From Eledone cirrhosa (Eukaryota), in assembly GCA_964016885.1 (NCBI GenBank), contig CAXHJY010000001.1, positions 744,001 through 808,000 on the forward strand: a DNA stretch of 64,000 nucleotides, in the 5' to 3' direction. The position numbers and the translations under genes were made by a program. The notes under the pieces were generated by a model that saw nothing but the letters and a program-made list of their open reading frames with translations, ran no database searches and was not told the DNA's origin. Below, piece after piece: positions 1 to 13,798 of this stretch (positions within the stretch are counted from its first letter, which is position 1; every line of letters starts with the position of its first letter).

Positions 1-222
1 ACAGACAGAGACAGGTGTGATGCTGGTTATGATGATATAGATATAATACAGATGATATAGATATAATACAGATGATATAGATATAATACAGATGATTAGA
101 TATAATATATAGGATATAGATATCATATAGGTTGTAGAGATATAGTATAGATGATAGATGACAACACTATATCATCATCATCTTCGTATAACGTACATCT
201 TCCACACCAGCATGGGTTAGAC

Positions 223-551
223 TCATCATCATTTTACGTTCGCTTTTCCCTGCTTGCAAGGGTGGGACGGAAACTGATTCTGGCTTGATTTCTACAGCTG
301 GATGTCCTTCCTAACACCAACCTTATTTACAGTGAGTAGTGGGTGCTTTTTTGCCATGGCACCTCCACGACCACTTTACAGTGGAATGATAGGGACCCCA
401 GTCCCTATCATCTCATTTCTACAGCTGAGTAAACTGGAGCAATGTGAAATAAAGTGTCTTGCTCAAGGAAACAACACATCACCCGGTCTGAGAATTGAAC
501 TCACAACCTTTCAATTGCAAGGCCAATGCTCTAACCATTAAGCCATGTGCC
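223..551 (-). mobile_element. tRNA-derived SINE (family A) with RTE-like 3' tail ending in (TGA)n
   Basis: The reverse complement has a tRNA-like head (TGGCTTAATGGTTAGAGC...GTGAGTTCAATTC), the core CCTTGAGCAAGACACTTTATTTCAC and a tail matching 41533-41790. Other copies lie at 14416-14748(-) and 48494-48830(+). Confidence 0.8.
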
Positions 552-647
552 ACCATATATATAGATGATATAATTATGATATTTATTATCTTGTATAGTG
601 TTATATGTTGCTGTAATTGTCATTGTTCTCATATTTTATACCCACAG

Positions 648-784
648 TCTGTAAACAGGTAAATTTGGACCCAACTGTAAATACACATGTCACTGTGCTG
701 ATAACAGCAGGTGTAACAAAGAGACAGGTGTGTGTTCTAGTGGAGGATGTGCTGCTGGTTATGAAGGTAGCAACTGTCAGACAG
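648..784 (+). pseudogene. EGF-module exon copy, 137 nt (1-nt deletion, frameshifted)
   Basis: Acceptor cacag| and donor |gtaagt are intact. It reads TGTAAACAGGT where intact copies have TGT-NNN-NNN-GGT, so one base is missing. May be a homopolymer sequencing error. Confidence 0.7.
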
Positions 785-947
785 GTAAGTGGTGTAGTAT
801 AGCTTTGTTTCTAACTTAATATATTGGGTTATTACATGGAAGGGAAACATGTATGCTACATGTGTTAGAAGTGACATGATTTATCGGAGCAAGGAGCTGT
901 CCTTCGACCACATACTCATGCAGAACATTCCATATTTTTATTTTCAG

Positions 948-1102
948 GGTGTAAAGCAGGTAAATTTGGACCTAACTGTAAACACACATGTCACTGTACT
1001 AACAACAGCAGGTGTAACAAACAGCTAGATGTAACACAGAGACAGGTGTGTGTTCCAGTGAAGTGTGTGGTGATGGTTATGAAGATAGCAACTGTAAGAC
1101 AG
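948..1102 (+). pseudogene. EGF-module pseudo-exon, 155 nt (17-nt insertion)
   Basis: Acceptor ttttcag|. Reads GCKAGKFGPNCKHTCHCTNNSRCNKQ, then the insertion ctagatgtaacacagag shifts the frame. The donor is degenerate (gtgtgt). Confidence 0.7.
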
Positions 1103-1299
1103 GTGTGTTACAGTAGAGGGTGTGGTGCTGGTTATGAAGAAGTGGTACATAGTTTCTGTTACTTGCAGTGGATGAAGGTGTTCTGAAAGCACAGTAGCCA
1201 GTGTGAGAATGGGTTGAAGAAAGGTCAGTGAGCTACTAAATCCCCACCCCTCACCCATGCCCCTAAATCTACCTCCTCAATCCCCATGCAACTGCCCCA

Positions 1300-1775
1300 C
1301 TCAAGTCCCCAGTCCACACTGTAAAGTGGTTGAGATAGTGCCACAACGAAAATGCCCAGCCCACACTGTAAAGTGGTCATGTTGGTGACACAAAATGTGC
1401 CCAGCCCTCATTGTAAAGTGGTTGTGATAGTGCCACAACAAAAATGCCCAGCCCACACTATAAAGTGCTTGTGATAGTGCCACAACAAAAAGTGCCCAGC
1501 ACACACTGTAAAATGGTTGTGATAATGCCACAACAAAAAGTGCTCAGCTCTCATTGTAAAGTGGTCAAGTTGGTGACACAACAAAAAGTGCCCAGTCCAC
1601 ACTGTAAAGTGGTTGGCATTTGGAAGGGCATCCAGCCATCAAAACCAATCCCAAATCAGTTCTGCATAAGCAAGACATGGCCATCTGACCCAACTTTTCT
1701 CACAATGGGACAGTATATCTAACCCATGCTAGCATAGAAAATGGACATTAAATGGTAATGATGAAGATGATGATT
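1300..1775 (+). repeat. Degenerate RTE-LINE/SINE 3' tail with a locally reiterated ~45-bp subunit
   Basis: Repeated cacactgtaaagtggttgtgatagtgccacaacaaaaa..gcccagc, followed by gaagggcatccagc and aacccatgctagcatagaaaatggacattaaatg. Confidence 0.55.
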
Positions 1776-1836
1776 ATCTTGTATAGTGTTATATGTTGTT
1801 GTTGTTGTCATTGTTCTAATATTTTTATTTCCACAG

Positions 1837-1974
1837 TCTGTAGAAATGGTATATTTGGAGCCAACTGTGGCAACACATGTCACTGCGTTGACAACAGTAA
1901 ATGTAACAAACAGACAGGTGTGTGTTCTAGGGGAGGATGTACTGCTGGTTATGAAGGTAGCAACTGTCAGACAG
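1837..1974 (+). CDS. Internal coding exon, 8-Cys EGF/laminin-EGF-like module (CRNGIFGANCGNTCHCVDNSKCNKQTGVCSRGGCTAGYEGSNCQT)
   Basis: ccacag| ... |gtaagt; 138 nt; phase 1-1; open frame with conserved Cys spacing. Confidence 0.85.
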
Positions 1975-2237
1975 GTAAGTGGTGTAGTATAGCTTTGTTT
2001 ATAACTTAATATAGTGGGTCAAGACAACAGCAGGTGTAACATACAGAGACGTGTAACAAACAGCGAGATGTAACACAGAGACAGGTGTGTGTTCCAATGA
2101 AGTGTGTTGTGTAGTATAGCTTAGTCTGTAGCTTAATATATTGAAACAAAACAACATCAGGTGTAACATAGAGACAGGTGTATGCTCTAGTGGAGGATGT
2201 GCTGCTGGTTATGAAGGTAGCAACTGTCAGTATAGTA

Positions 2238-5200
2238 ATTAAACTTCCTACTACCATATTTCTAATGAAAGACACAGTATATGTCATTAACCCTTTCATT
2301 ACCATATTTCTAATGAAAGACACTGTCTATGTCATTAACCCTTTCATTACCATATTTCTAATGAAAGACACTGTCTATGTCATTAACCCTTTCATTATCA
2401 TATATCTAATTGGATTGGCAGTATCGGTAGAGGGTCGGACGCCATGCTTTGACGCATAGAGTTACGGCCCTTGCCATTCTGAGTTCAAATCCCGCCGAGG
2501 TTAACTTTGCCTTTCATCCTTATGGGGTCGATAAAATAAAGTACCAGTAATACACTGGGTATTTGCAGGCCTTGTGCCAAAAGTAGAAACAATTATCATA
2601 TTTCTAGTGAAAGACACTGTATATGTCATTAACCCTTTCATTACCATATTTCTAATGAAAGACACTGTCTATGTCATTAACCCTTTCATTACCATATTTC
2701 TAATGAAAGACACTGTATATGTCATTAACCCTTTCATTACCATATTTCTAAAGAAAGACACAGTCTATGTCATTAACCCTTTCATTACCATATTTCTAAT
2801 GAAAGACACTGTCTATGTCATTAACCCTTTCATTACCATATTTCTAATGAAAGACACTGTATATATCATTAACCCTTTCATTACCATATTTCTAATGAAA
2901 GACACTGTCTATGTCATTAACCCTTTCATTACCATATTTCTAATGAAAGACACTGTCTATGTCATTAACCCTTTCATTACCATATATCTAATGAAAGACA
3001 CTGTCTATGTCATTAACTCTTTCCTTACCATATTTCTAATGAAAGACACTGTCTATGTCATTAACCCTTTCATTACTATATTTCTAATTAAAGACATTAC
3101 CTATGTCATTAACCCTTTCATTACCATATTTCTAATGAAAGACACTGTCTATGTCATTAACCCTTTCATTACCATATTTCTAATGAAAGACACTGTCTAT
3201 GTCATTAACCCTTTCATTACCATATTTCTAATGAAAGACACTGTATATGTCATTAACACTTTCATTACCATATTTCTAATGAAAGACACTGTCTATGTCA
3301 TTAACCCTTTCATTACCATATTTCTAATGAAAGACACTGTCTATGTCATTAACCCTTTCATTACCATATATCTAATGAAAGACACTGTCTATGTCATTAA
3401 CTCTTTCCTTACCATATTTCTAATGAAACACACTGTCTATGTCATTAACCCTTTCATTACTATATTTCTAATTAAAGACATTACCTATGTCATTAACCCT
3501 TTCATTACCATATTTCTAATGAAAGACACTGTCTATATCATTAACCCTTTCATTATCATATTTCTAATAAAAGACACTGTCTATGTCATTAACCCTTTCA
3601 TTACTATATTTCTAATTAAAGACACTACCTATGTCATTAACCCTTTCATTACCATATTTCTAATGAAAGACACTGTCTATGTCATTAACCCCTTCATTAC
3701 CATATATCTAGTGAAAGACACTGTCTATATCATTAACCCTTTCATTACCATATTTCTAATAAAAGACACTGTCTATGTCATTAACCCTTTCATTACCATA
3801 TATCTAATGAAAGACACTACCTATGTTATTAACCCCTGCATTACCATATATCTAATGAAAGACACTGTCTATGTCATTAACCCTTTCATTACCATATTTC
3901 TAATGAAAGACACTATATGTCATTAACCCTTTCATTATCATATTTCTAATGAAAGGCACTGTCTATGTCATTAACCCTTTCATTACCATATTTCTAATGA
4001 AAGACACTACCTATGTTATTAACCCCTGCATTACCATATATCTAATGAAAGACACTGTCTATGTCATTAACCCCTTCATTACCATATATCTAATGAAAGA
4101 CACTGTCTATGTCATTAACCCTTTCATTACCATATATCTAATGAAAGACACTGTCTATGTCATTAACCCCTTCATTACCATATATCTAATGAAAGACACT
4201 GTCTATGTCATTAACCCTTTCATTACCATATTTCTAATGAAAGACACTATAAGTCATTAACCCTTTCATTATCATATTTCTAATAAAAGACACTGTCTAT
4301 GTCATTAACCCTTTCATTACCATATATCTAATGAAAGACACTACCTATGTTATTAACCCCTGCATTACCATATATCTAATGTAAGACACTGTCTATGTCA
4401 TTAACCCTTTCATTACCATATTTCTAATGAAAGACACTATATGTCATTAACCCTTTCATTATCATATTTCTAATGAAAGACACTGTCTATGTCATTAACC
4501 CTTTCATTACCATATTTCTAATGAAAGACACTACCTATGTTATTAACCCCTGCATTACCATATATCTAATGAAAGACACTGTCTATGTCATTAACCCTTT
4601 CATTACCATATTTCTAATGAAAGACACTATATGTCATTAACCCTTTCATTATCATATTTCTAATGAAAGACACTGTCTATGTCATTAACCCTTTCATTAC
4701 CATATTTCTAATGAAAGACACTACCTATGTTATTAACTCCTGCATTACCATATATCTAATGAAAGACACTGTCTATGTCATTAACCCCTTCATTACCATA
4801 TATCTAATGAAAGACACTGTCTATGTCATTAACCCTTTCATTACCATATATCTAATGAAAGACACTGTCTATGTCATTAACCCCTTCATTACCATATATC
4901 TAATAAAAGACACTGTCTATGTCATTAACCCTTTCATTACCATATATCTAATGAAAGACACTACCTATGTTATTAACCCCTGCATTACCATATATCTAAT
5001 GAAAGACACCGTCTATGTCATTAACCCCTTCATTACCATATATCTAATGAAAGACACTGTCTATGTCATTAACCCTTTCATTACCATATTTCTAATGAAA
5101 GACACTACCTATGTCATTAACCCTTTCATTACCATATATCTAATGAAAGACACTGTCTATGTCATTAACCCCTTCATTACCATATATCTAATAAAAGACA

Positions 5201-5480
5201 CTGTCTATGTCATTAACCCTTTCATTACCATATATCTAATGAAAGACACTACCTATGTTATTAACCCCTGCATTACCATATATCTAATGAAAGACACTGT
5301 CTATGTCATTAACCCCTTCATTACCATATATCTAATGAAAGACACTGTCTATGTCATTAACCCTTTCATTACCATATTTCTAATGAAAGACACTACCTAT
5401 GTCATTAACCCTTTCATTACCATATTTCTAATGAAAGACACTGTCTATGTCATTAACCCTTTCATTACCATATTTCTAAT
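2238..5480. repeat. 51-bp minisatellite, about 60 units, interrupted by a SINE at 2410-2596
   Basis: Unit cattaaccctttcattaccatatttctaatgaaagacactgtctatgt plus variants; source of the spurious MKDTVYVINPFITIFL ORFs. Confidence 0.95.
2410..2596 (+). mobile_element. tRNA-derived SINE (family B)
   Basis: A box TGGCAGTATCGG, B box GAGTTCAAATCC, body GTTAACTTTGCCTTTCATCCTTAYGGGGTCGATAAAATAAAGTACCAG. Other copies near 21215-21405, 22120-22275(-), 28010-28150, 31900-32090(-), 36458-36650, 39915-40100(-), 45266-45448, 60530-60717 and 61227-61400(-). Confidence 0.8.
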
Positions 5481-5847
5481 AAGGTAAGTGATGTAGCATA
5501 ACTTTGTTGTAGCATAATATATTGAAACAAAACAACAGCAGGTGTAACTTAGAGACAGGTGTGTGTTCCTATTGAAAGTGTGACATCACAACTCATTTCT
5601 ATAGCAGAGTATCTTGAGCAACATGAAATAAAGTGAGTTGTTCAAGAACACAAAACACAGCAAGATTCAGGCATCAAACTCACAACTTTATGATTGTAAG
5701 CCTGACGCTCTTACCACTAATCCTTGCACCTTCAATAGATATAATATAGAGGAATAGATATAGTATAGCTATAGATATAATATAGGTTGTAGGGATATAG
5801 TACAGATGATATAGATATAAAATAGTTGATTTCACTATAGTATAGAT

Positions 5848-7680
5848 TAGGGGTCATTAAATCCCTGGCCCGTAGGCCACATCTGGCCCGCGGGCCACAT
5901 CTGGCCCACGGGCCACATCTGGCCTGCCGACAGGTTTCAATCTTTGACTAAGCCATCCCCTGAAAATGTGTTCTGAATTATTTGGGATTAAAATACCAAC
6001 TAGAGAACACGTCTAACCTCAAGACTCACTTAACTGAACGTAATGTTTTAATGTGACAGTAAGAAACAATCAAACTCAGAGAGATAGAATAGTCAGACAT
6101 CGAGGTCAAAGGGACTGTGTGTGTGTATTCGTGTATATATGTACATACATAGTATCTGTATGGCAGGGATGTGAAATGACCCAGACTTACCTAAAAAAGT
6201 CAGTATGTCTGACATAGTTATTTCATTTCATCCTCAAAATTGTTCATTTTAGTTAACTGTCTGGTAGTAAAACATCTGTAAGGGACTGTATTTGATAATA
6301 ATCAATGTTTATTTATTTTTCTATGTTAAAAGTGTTCAGTATTATTAGAAGTAAATATGTTCAATGAACAAATGGCAACCCTGGTTTAAATACACTGCCA
6401 GGTGTCATGGCTTTGTCAGAGTTTATTAAAAATGTCAGAGTATTTTATTATATTACTGCATTCATTTTTACATATGTTCTCATTACTTATTTGATATCAT
6501 GGCCTGCCGACGAGACACTACATAGCTACGTGGCCTGCTGACGAGACACTGCATAGCAATGTGGCCTGCTGACGAGACACTGCATAGCTATGTGGCCTGC
6601 TGGTGAGACACTGCATAGCAATGTGGCCTGCTGGTGAGACACTGCATAGCTATGTAGTCTGCTGGTGAGACACTCCATAGCTATGTCGCCTGCTGACAAG
6701 ACACTACATAGCTATGTGGCCTGCTGGTGAGACACTCCATAGCTATATGGCCTGTTGACAAGACACTGTATAGCAATGTGGCCTGCTGACGAGACACTGC
6801 ATAGCTATGTGGCCTGCTGGTGAGACACTGCATAGCAATATGGCCTGCTGACGAGACACTGCATAGCAATATGGCCTGCTGACGAGACACTGCATAGCTA
6901 TGTGGCCTGCTGGTGAGACACTGCATAGCTATGTGGCCTGCTGGCGAGACATTACATAGCTATGTGGCCTGCTGACAAGACACTACATAGCTATGTGGCC
7001 TGCTGGCGAGACATTACATAGCTATGTGGCCTGCTGACAAGACACTCCATAGCAATGTGGCCTGCTGGTGAGACACTCCATAGCTATGTGGCCTGCTGCT
7101 GAGACACTACATAGCTATGTGGCCTGCTGACGAGACACTGCATAGCAATATGGCCTGCTGGTGAGACACTCCATAGCCATGTGGCCTGCTGGTGAGACAC
7201 TGCATAGCAATATGGCCTGCTGAGAAGACACTGCATAGCAATGTGGCCTGCTGGTGAGACACTCCATAGCTATGTGGCCTGCTGACAAGACACTCCATAG
7301 CTATGTGGCCTGCTGGTGAGACACTGCATAGCTATGTGGCCTGCTGACAAGACACTGTATAGCAATGTGGCCTGCTGACAAGACACTGTATAGCAATGTG
7401 GCCTGCTGGTGAGACACTCCATAGCTATGTGGCCTGCTGACAAGACACTCCATAGCTATGTGGCCTGCTGACAAGACACTCCATAGCTATGTGGCCTGCT
7501 GACAAGACACTGTATAGCAATGTGGCCTGCTGACAAGACACTGTATAGCAATGTGAGCAACTGACAAGACACTTCGTAACAATGTGGCCTGCCAGTGAGA
7601 CACTGCATAGAAATGTGGCCTGCCTGTGTGACACTCCATAGCAATGTGGCCCGCACACCCCAAAAGGATGCCGACCTCTG
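5848..7680. mobile_element. hAT-type MITE with 8-bp TSD GTATAGAT, containing an expanded 31-bp minisatellite
   Basis: gtatagat|TAGGGGTC...GCCGACCTCTG|gtatagat, with subterminal ggcccgcgggccacatct repeats. The duplicate is at 10141-11973. Confidence 0.8.
6500..7655. repeat. 31-bp minisatellite, about 37 units (duplicate at 10793-11948)
   Basis: Unit tgtggcctgctggtgagacactgcatagcta. Confidence 0.95.
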
Positions 7681-7788
7681 GTATAGATGACAACATTATA
7701 ATATAGATAATATAATATTGTGATATTTATTATCTTGTATAGTGTAAATGTTGTTATAATTGTCATTGTTCTCATATTTTATTTCCAG

Positions 7789-7926
7789 TCTGTAAATCAG
7801 GTAAATTTGGAGCCAACTGTGGCAACACATGTCACTGTGCTGACAACAGTAAATGTAACAAACAGACAGGTGTGTGTTCTAGTGGAGGATGTGCTGCTGG
7901 TTATGAAGGTAGCAACTGTCAGACAG
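7789..7926 (+). CDS. EGF-module exon (CKSGKFGANCGNTCHCADNSKCNKQTGVCSSGGCAAGYEGSNCQT)
   Basis: ttccag| ... |gtatat (weak donor); 138 nt; 8 Cys. Confidence 0.8.
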
Positions 7927-7940
7927 GTATATGGTGTAGT

Positions 7941-9772
7941 AATTAACCCTTTCATTACCATATTTCTAATGAAAGACACTGTCTATGTCATTAACCCTTT
8001 CATTACCACATTTCTAATAAAAGACACTGTCTATGTCATTAACCCTTTCATTACCACATTTCTAATGAAAGACACTGTCTATGTCATTAACCCTTTCATT
8101 ACCATATTTCTAATGAAAGACACTGTCTATGTCATTAACCCTTTCATTACCACATTTCTAATAAAAGACACTGTCTATGTCATTAACCCTTTCATTACCA
8201 CATTTCTAATGAAAGACACTGTCTATGTCATTAACCCTTTCATTACCACATTTCTAATAAAAGACACTGTCTATGTCATTAACCCTTTCATTACCATATT
8301 TCTAATGAAAGACACTGTCTATGTCATTAACCCTTTCATTACCACATTTCTAATAAAAGACACTGTCTATGTCATTAACCCTTTCATTACCACATTTCTA
8401 ATGAAAGACACTGTCTATGTCATTAACCCTTTCATTACCACATTTCTAATAAAAGACACTGTCTATGTCATTAACCCTTTCATTACCATATTTCTAATGA
8501 AAGACACTGTCTATGTCATTAACCCTTTCATTACCACATTTCTAATAAAAGACACTGTCTATGTCATTAACCCTTTCATTACCACATTTCTAATAAAAGA
8601 CACTGTCTATGTCATTAACCCTTTCATTACCACATTTCTAATAAAAGACACTGTCTATGTCATTAACCCTTTCATTACCACATTTCTAATAAAAGACACT
8701 GTCTATGTCATTAACCCTTTCATTACCATATTTCTAATGAAAGACACTGTCTATGTCAGAGGAGAGGAACCTTTTTACCATTAGAGGCCACATTTAAATT
8801 AGGCAGTAATAAAGGAGGTCGCATAAGTTGATATACCTATGAATGCGACTTTTGTGAAATTATTATAGTTTTTGTATAGTTTTATAGTCATTTATTATTT
8901 AACATAAAAAGTTACAATATAAAATATTTTTGTATTCACATAATTATAAAGAAATACAATAGAAAAATAATAATATTAAGTTAAAAAAACTAATATAGCA
9001 AAAATACGTAAAATAATTTTAAAATCCGATGGAAAATTCAAGTTAGTCGGATATTTGCATTTGTTTCTTGCTTCAAAGTAATTGAATATTTGGATTAAGG
9101 TTTAATGACATAGACTCTATGTCATTAAACCTTTCATTACCAAGTTTCTACTTAAAGACACTGTCTATGTCATTAACCCTTTCATTACATATCTCTACTT
9201 AAAGACACTGTCTATGTCATTAACCCTTTCATTACCATATTTCTAATGAAAGACACTGTCTATGTCATTAACCCTTTCATTACATATCTCTACTTAAAGA
9301 CACTGTCTATGTCATTAACCCTTTCATTACCATATTTCTACTTAAAGACACTGTCTATGTCATTAACCCTTTCATTACCATATCTCTACTTAAAGACACT
9401 GTCTATGTCATTAACCCTTTCATTACATATTTCTACTTAAAGACACTGTCTATATCAGTAACCCTTTCATTACCATATTTCTAATGAAGGACACTGTCTA
9501 TGTCATTAACCCTTTCATTACCATATTTCTAATGAAAGACACTGTATATGTCATTAACCCTTTAATTACCATATTGCCAATGAAAGACACTGTCTATGTC
9601 ATTAACCCCTTCATTATTATATTTCTAATTAAAGACACTACCTATGTTATTAACCCCTTCATTACTATATTTCTAATGAAAGACACTGTCTATGTCATTA
9701 ACCCTTTCATTACCATATTTCTAATGAAAGACACTGTCTATGTCATTAACCCTTTCATTACCATATTTCTAA
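7941..9772. repeat. 51-bp minisatellite blocks split by an AT-rich insertion at about 8757-9110 (duplicate at 12234-13800)
   Basis: Same unit as 2238-5480. Confidence 0.9.
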
Positions 9773-12081
9773 TAAGGTAAGTGATGTAGCATAACTTTGT
9801 TGTAGCATAATATATTGAAACAAAACAACAGCAGGTGTAACTTAGAGACAGGTGTGTGTTCCTATTGAAAGTGTGACATCACAACTCATTTCTATAGCAG
9901 AGTATCTTGAGCAACATGAAATAAAGTGAGTTGTTCAAGAACACAAAACACAGCAAGATTCAGGCATCAAACTCACAACTTTATGATTGTAAGCCTGACG
10001 CTCTTACCACTAATCCTTGCACCTTCAATAGATATAATATAGAGGAATAGATATAGTATAGCTATAGATATAATATAGGTTGTAGGGATATAGTACAGAT
10101 GATATAGATATAAAATAGTTGATTTCACTATAGTATAGATTAGGGGTCATTAAATCCCTGGCCCGTAGGCCACATCTGGCCCGCGGGCCACATCTGGCCC
10201 ACGGGCCACATCTGGCCTGCCGACAGGTTTCAATCTTTGACTAAGCCATCCCCTGAAAATGTGTTCTGAATTATTTGGGATTAAAATACCAACTAGAGAA
10301 CACGTCTAACCTCAAGACTCACTTAACTGAACGTAATGTTTTAATGTGACAGTAAGAAACAATCAAACTCAGAGAGATAGAATAGTCAGACATCGAGGTC
10401 AAAGGGACTGTGTGTGTGTATTCGTGTATATATGTACATACATAGTATCTGTATGGCAGGGATGTGAAATGACCCAGACTTACCTAAAAAAGTCAGTATG
10501 TCTGACATAGTTATTTCATTTCATCCTCAAAATTGTTCATTTTAGTTAACTGTCTGGTAGTAAAACATCTGTAAGGGACTGTATTTGATAATAATCAATG
10601 TTTATTTATTTTTCTATGTTAAAAGTGTTCAGTATTATTAGAAGTAAATATGTTCAATGAACAAATGGCAACCCTGGTTTAAATACACTGCCAGGTGTCA
10701 TGGCTTTGTCAGAGTTTATTAAAAATGTCAGAGTATTTTATTATATTACTGCATTCATTTTTACATATGTTCTCATTACTTATTTGATATCATGGCCTGC
10801 CGACGAGACACTACATAGCTACGTGGCCTGCTGACGAGACACTGCATAGCAATGTGGCCTGCTGACGAGACACTGCATAGCTATGTGGCCTGCTGGTGAG
10901 ACACTGCATAGCAATGTGGCCTGCTGGTGAGACACTGCATAGCTATGTAGTCTGCTGGTGAGACACTCCATAGCTATGTCGCCTGCTGACAAGACACTAC
11001 ATAGCTATGTGGCCTGCTGGTGAGACACTCCATAGCTATATGGCCTGTTGACAAGACACTGTATAGCAATGTGGCCTGCTGACGAGACACTGCATAGCTA
11101 TGTGGCCTGCTGGTGAGACACTGCATAGCAATATGGCCTGCTGACGAGACACTGCATAGCAATATGGCCTGCTGACGAGACACTGCATAGCTATGTGGCC
11201 TGCTGGTGAGACACTGCATAGCTATGTGGCCTGCTGGCGAGACATTACATAGCTATGTGGCCTGCTGACAAGACACTACATAGCTATGTGGCCTGCTGGC
11301 GAGACATTACATAGCTATGTGGCCTGCTGACAAGACACTCCATAGCAATGTGGCCTGCTGGTGAGACACTCCATAGCTATGTGGCCTGCTGCTGAGACAC
11401 TACATAGCTATGTGGCCTGCTGACGAGACACTGCATAGCAATATGGCCTGCTGGTGAGACACTCCATAGCCATGTGGCCTGCTGGTGAGACACTGCATAG
11501 CAATATGGCCTGCTGAGAAGACACTGCATAGCAATGTGGCCTGCTGGTGAGACACTCCATAGCTATGTGGCCTGCTGACAAGACACTCCATAGCTATGTG
11601 GCCTGCTGGTGAGACACTGCATAGCTATGTGGCCTGCTGACAAGACACTGTATAGCAATGTGGCCTGCTGACAAGACACTGTATAGCAATGTGGCCTGCT
11701 GGTGAGACACTCCATAGCTATGTGGCCTGCTGACAAGACACTCCATAGCTATGTGGCCTGCTGACAAGACACTCCATAGCTATGTGGCCTGCTGACAAGA
11801 CACTGTATAGCAATGTGGCCTGCTGACAAGACACTGTATAGCAATGTGAGCAACTGACAAGACACTTCGTAACAATGTGGCCTGCCAGTGAGACACTGCA
11901 TAGAAATGTGGCCTGCCTGTGTGACACTCCATAGCAATGTGGCCCGCACACCCCAAAAGGATGCCGACCTCTGGTATAGATGACAACATTATAATATAGA
12001 TAATATAATATTGTGATATTTATTATCTTGTATAGTGTAAATGTTGTTATAATTGTCATTGTTCTCATATTTTATTTCCAG

Positions 12082-12219
12082 TCTGTAAATCAGGTAAATT
12101 TGGAGCCAACTGTGGCAACACATGTCACTGTGCTGACAACAGTAAATGTAACAAACAGACAGGTGTGTGTTCTAGTGGAGGATGTGCTGCTGGTTATGAA
12201 GGTAGCAACTGTCAGACAG
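12082..12219 (+). CDS. EGF-module exon, duplicate of 7789-7926
   Basis: Same sequence and splice sites at +4293. Confidence 0.75.
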
Positions 12220-13798
12220 GTATATGGTGTAGTAATTAACCCTTTCATTACCATATTTCTAATGAAAGACACTGTCTATGTCATTAACCCTTTCATTACC
12301 ACATTTCTAATAAAAGACACTGTCTATGTCATTAACCCTTTCATTACCACATTTCTAATGAAAGACACTGTCTATGTCATTAACCCTTTCATTACCATAT
12401 TTCTAATGAAAGACACTGTCTATGTCATTAACCCTTTCATTACCACATTTCTAATAAAAGACACTGTCTATGTCATTAACCCTTTCATTACCACATTTCT
12501 AATGAAAGACACTGTCTATGTCATTAACCCTTTCATTACCACATTTCTAATAAAAGACACTGTCTATGTCATTAACCCTTTCATTACCATATTTCTAATG
12601 AAAGACACTGTCTATGTCATTAACCCTTTCATTACCACATTTCTAATAAAAGACACTGTCTATGTCATTAACCCTTTCATTACCACATTTCTAATGAAAG
12701 ACACTGTCTATGTCATTAACCCTTTCATTACCACATTTCTAATAAAAGACACTGTCTATGTCATTAACCCTTTCATTACCATATTTCTAATGAAAGACAC
12801 TGTCTATGTCATTAACCCTTTCATTACCACATTTCTAATAAAAGACACTGTCTATGTCATTAACCCTTTCATTACCACATTTCTAATAAAAGACACTGTC
12901 TATGTCATTAACCCTTTCATTACCACATTTCTAATAAAAGACACTGTCTATGTCATTAACCCTTTCATTACCACATTTCTAATAAAAGACACTGTCTATG
13001 TCATTAACCCTTTCATTACCATATTTCTAATGAAAGACACTGTCTATGTCAGAGGAGAGGAACCTTTTTACCATTAGAGGCCACATTTAAATTAGGCAGT
13101 AATAAAGGAGGTCGCATAAGTTGATATACCTATGAATGCGACTTTTGTGAAATTATTATAGTTTTTGTATAGTTTTATAGTCATTTATTATTTAACATAA
13201 AAAGTTACAATATAAAATATTTTTGTATTCACATAATTATAAAGAAATACAATAGAAAAATAATAATATTAAGTTAAAAAAACTAATATAGCAAAAATAC
13301 GTAAAATAATTTTAAAATCCGATGGAAAATTCAAGTTAGTCGGATATTTGCATTTGTTTCTTGCTTCAAAGTAATTGAATATTTGGATTAAGGTTTAATG
13401 ACATAGACTCTATGTCATTAAACCTTTCATTACCAAGTTTCTACTTAAAGACACTGTCTATGTCATTAACCCTTTCATTACATATCTCTACTTAAAGACA
13501 CTGTCTATGTCATTAACCCTTTCATTACCATATTTCTAATGAAAGACACTGTCTATGTCATTAACCCTTTCATTACATATCTCTACTTAAAGACACTGTC
13601 TATGTCATTAACCCTTTCATTACCATATTTCTACTTAAAGACACTGTCTATGTCATTAACCCTTTCATTACCATATCTCTACTTAAAGACACTGTCTATG
13701 TCATTAACCCTTTCATTACATATTTCTACTTAAAGACACTGTCTATATCAGTAACCCTTTCATTACCATATTTCTACTTAAAGACACTGTCTATGTCA

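Larger units (their letters stand above)
5400..13776. repeat. Near-identical tandem segmental duplication, period 4293 bp (about 5.4-9.48 kb and 9.7-13.78 kb)
   Basis: Landmarks recur at +4293: 5483/9776, 5848/10141, 7789/12082, 9451/13744. The ORF translations of the two copies are identical. Confidence 0.95.

Noticed and set aside
2574-13077. Long hydrophobic ORFs (MKDTVYVINPFITIFL)n
   Set aside because: Translation of a 51-bp intronic minisatellite whose length is a multiple of 3; frames break at random.
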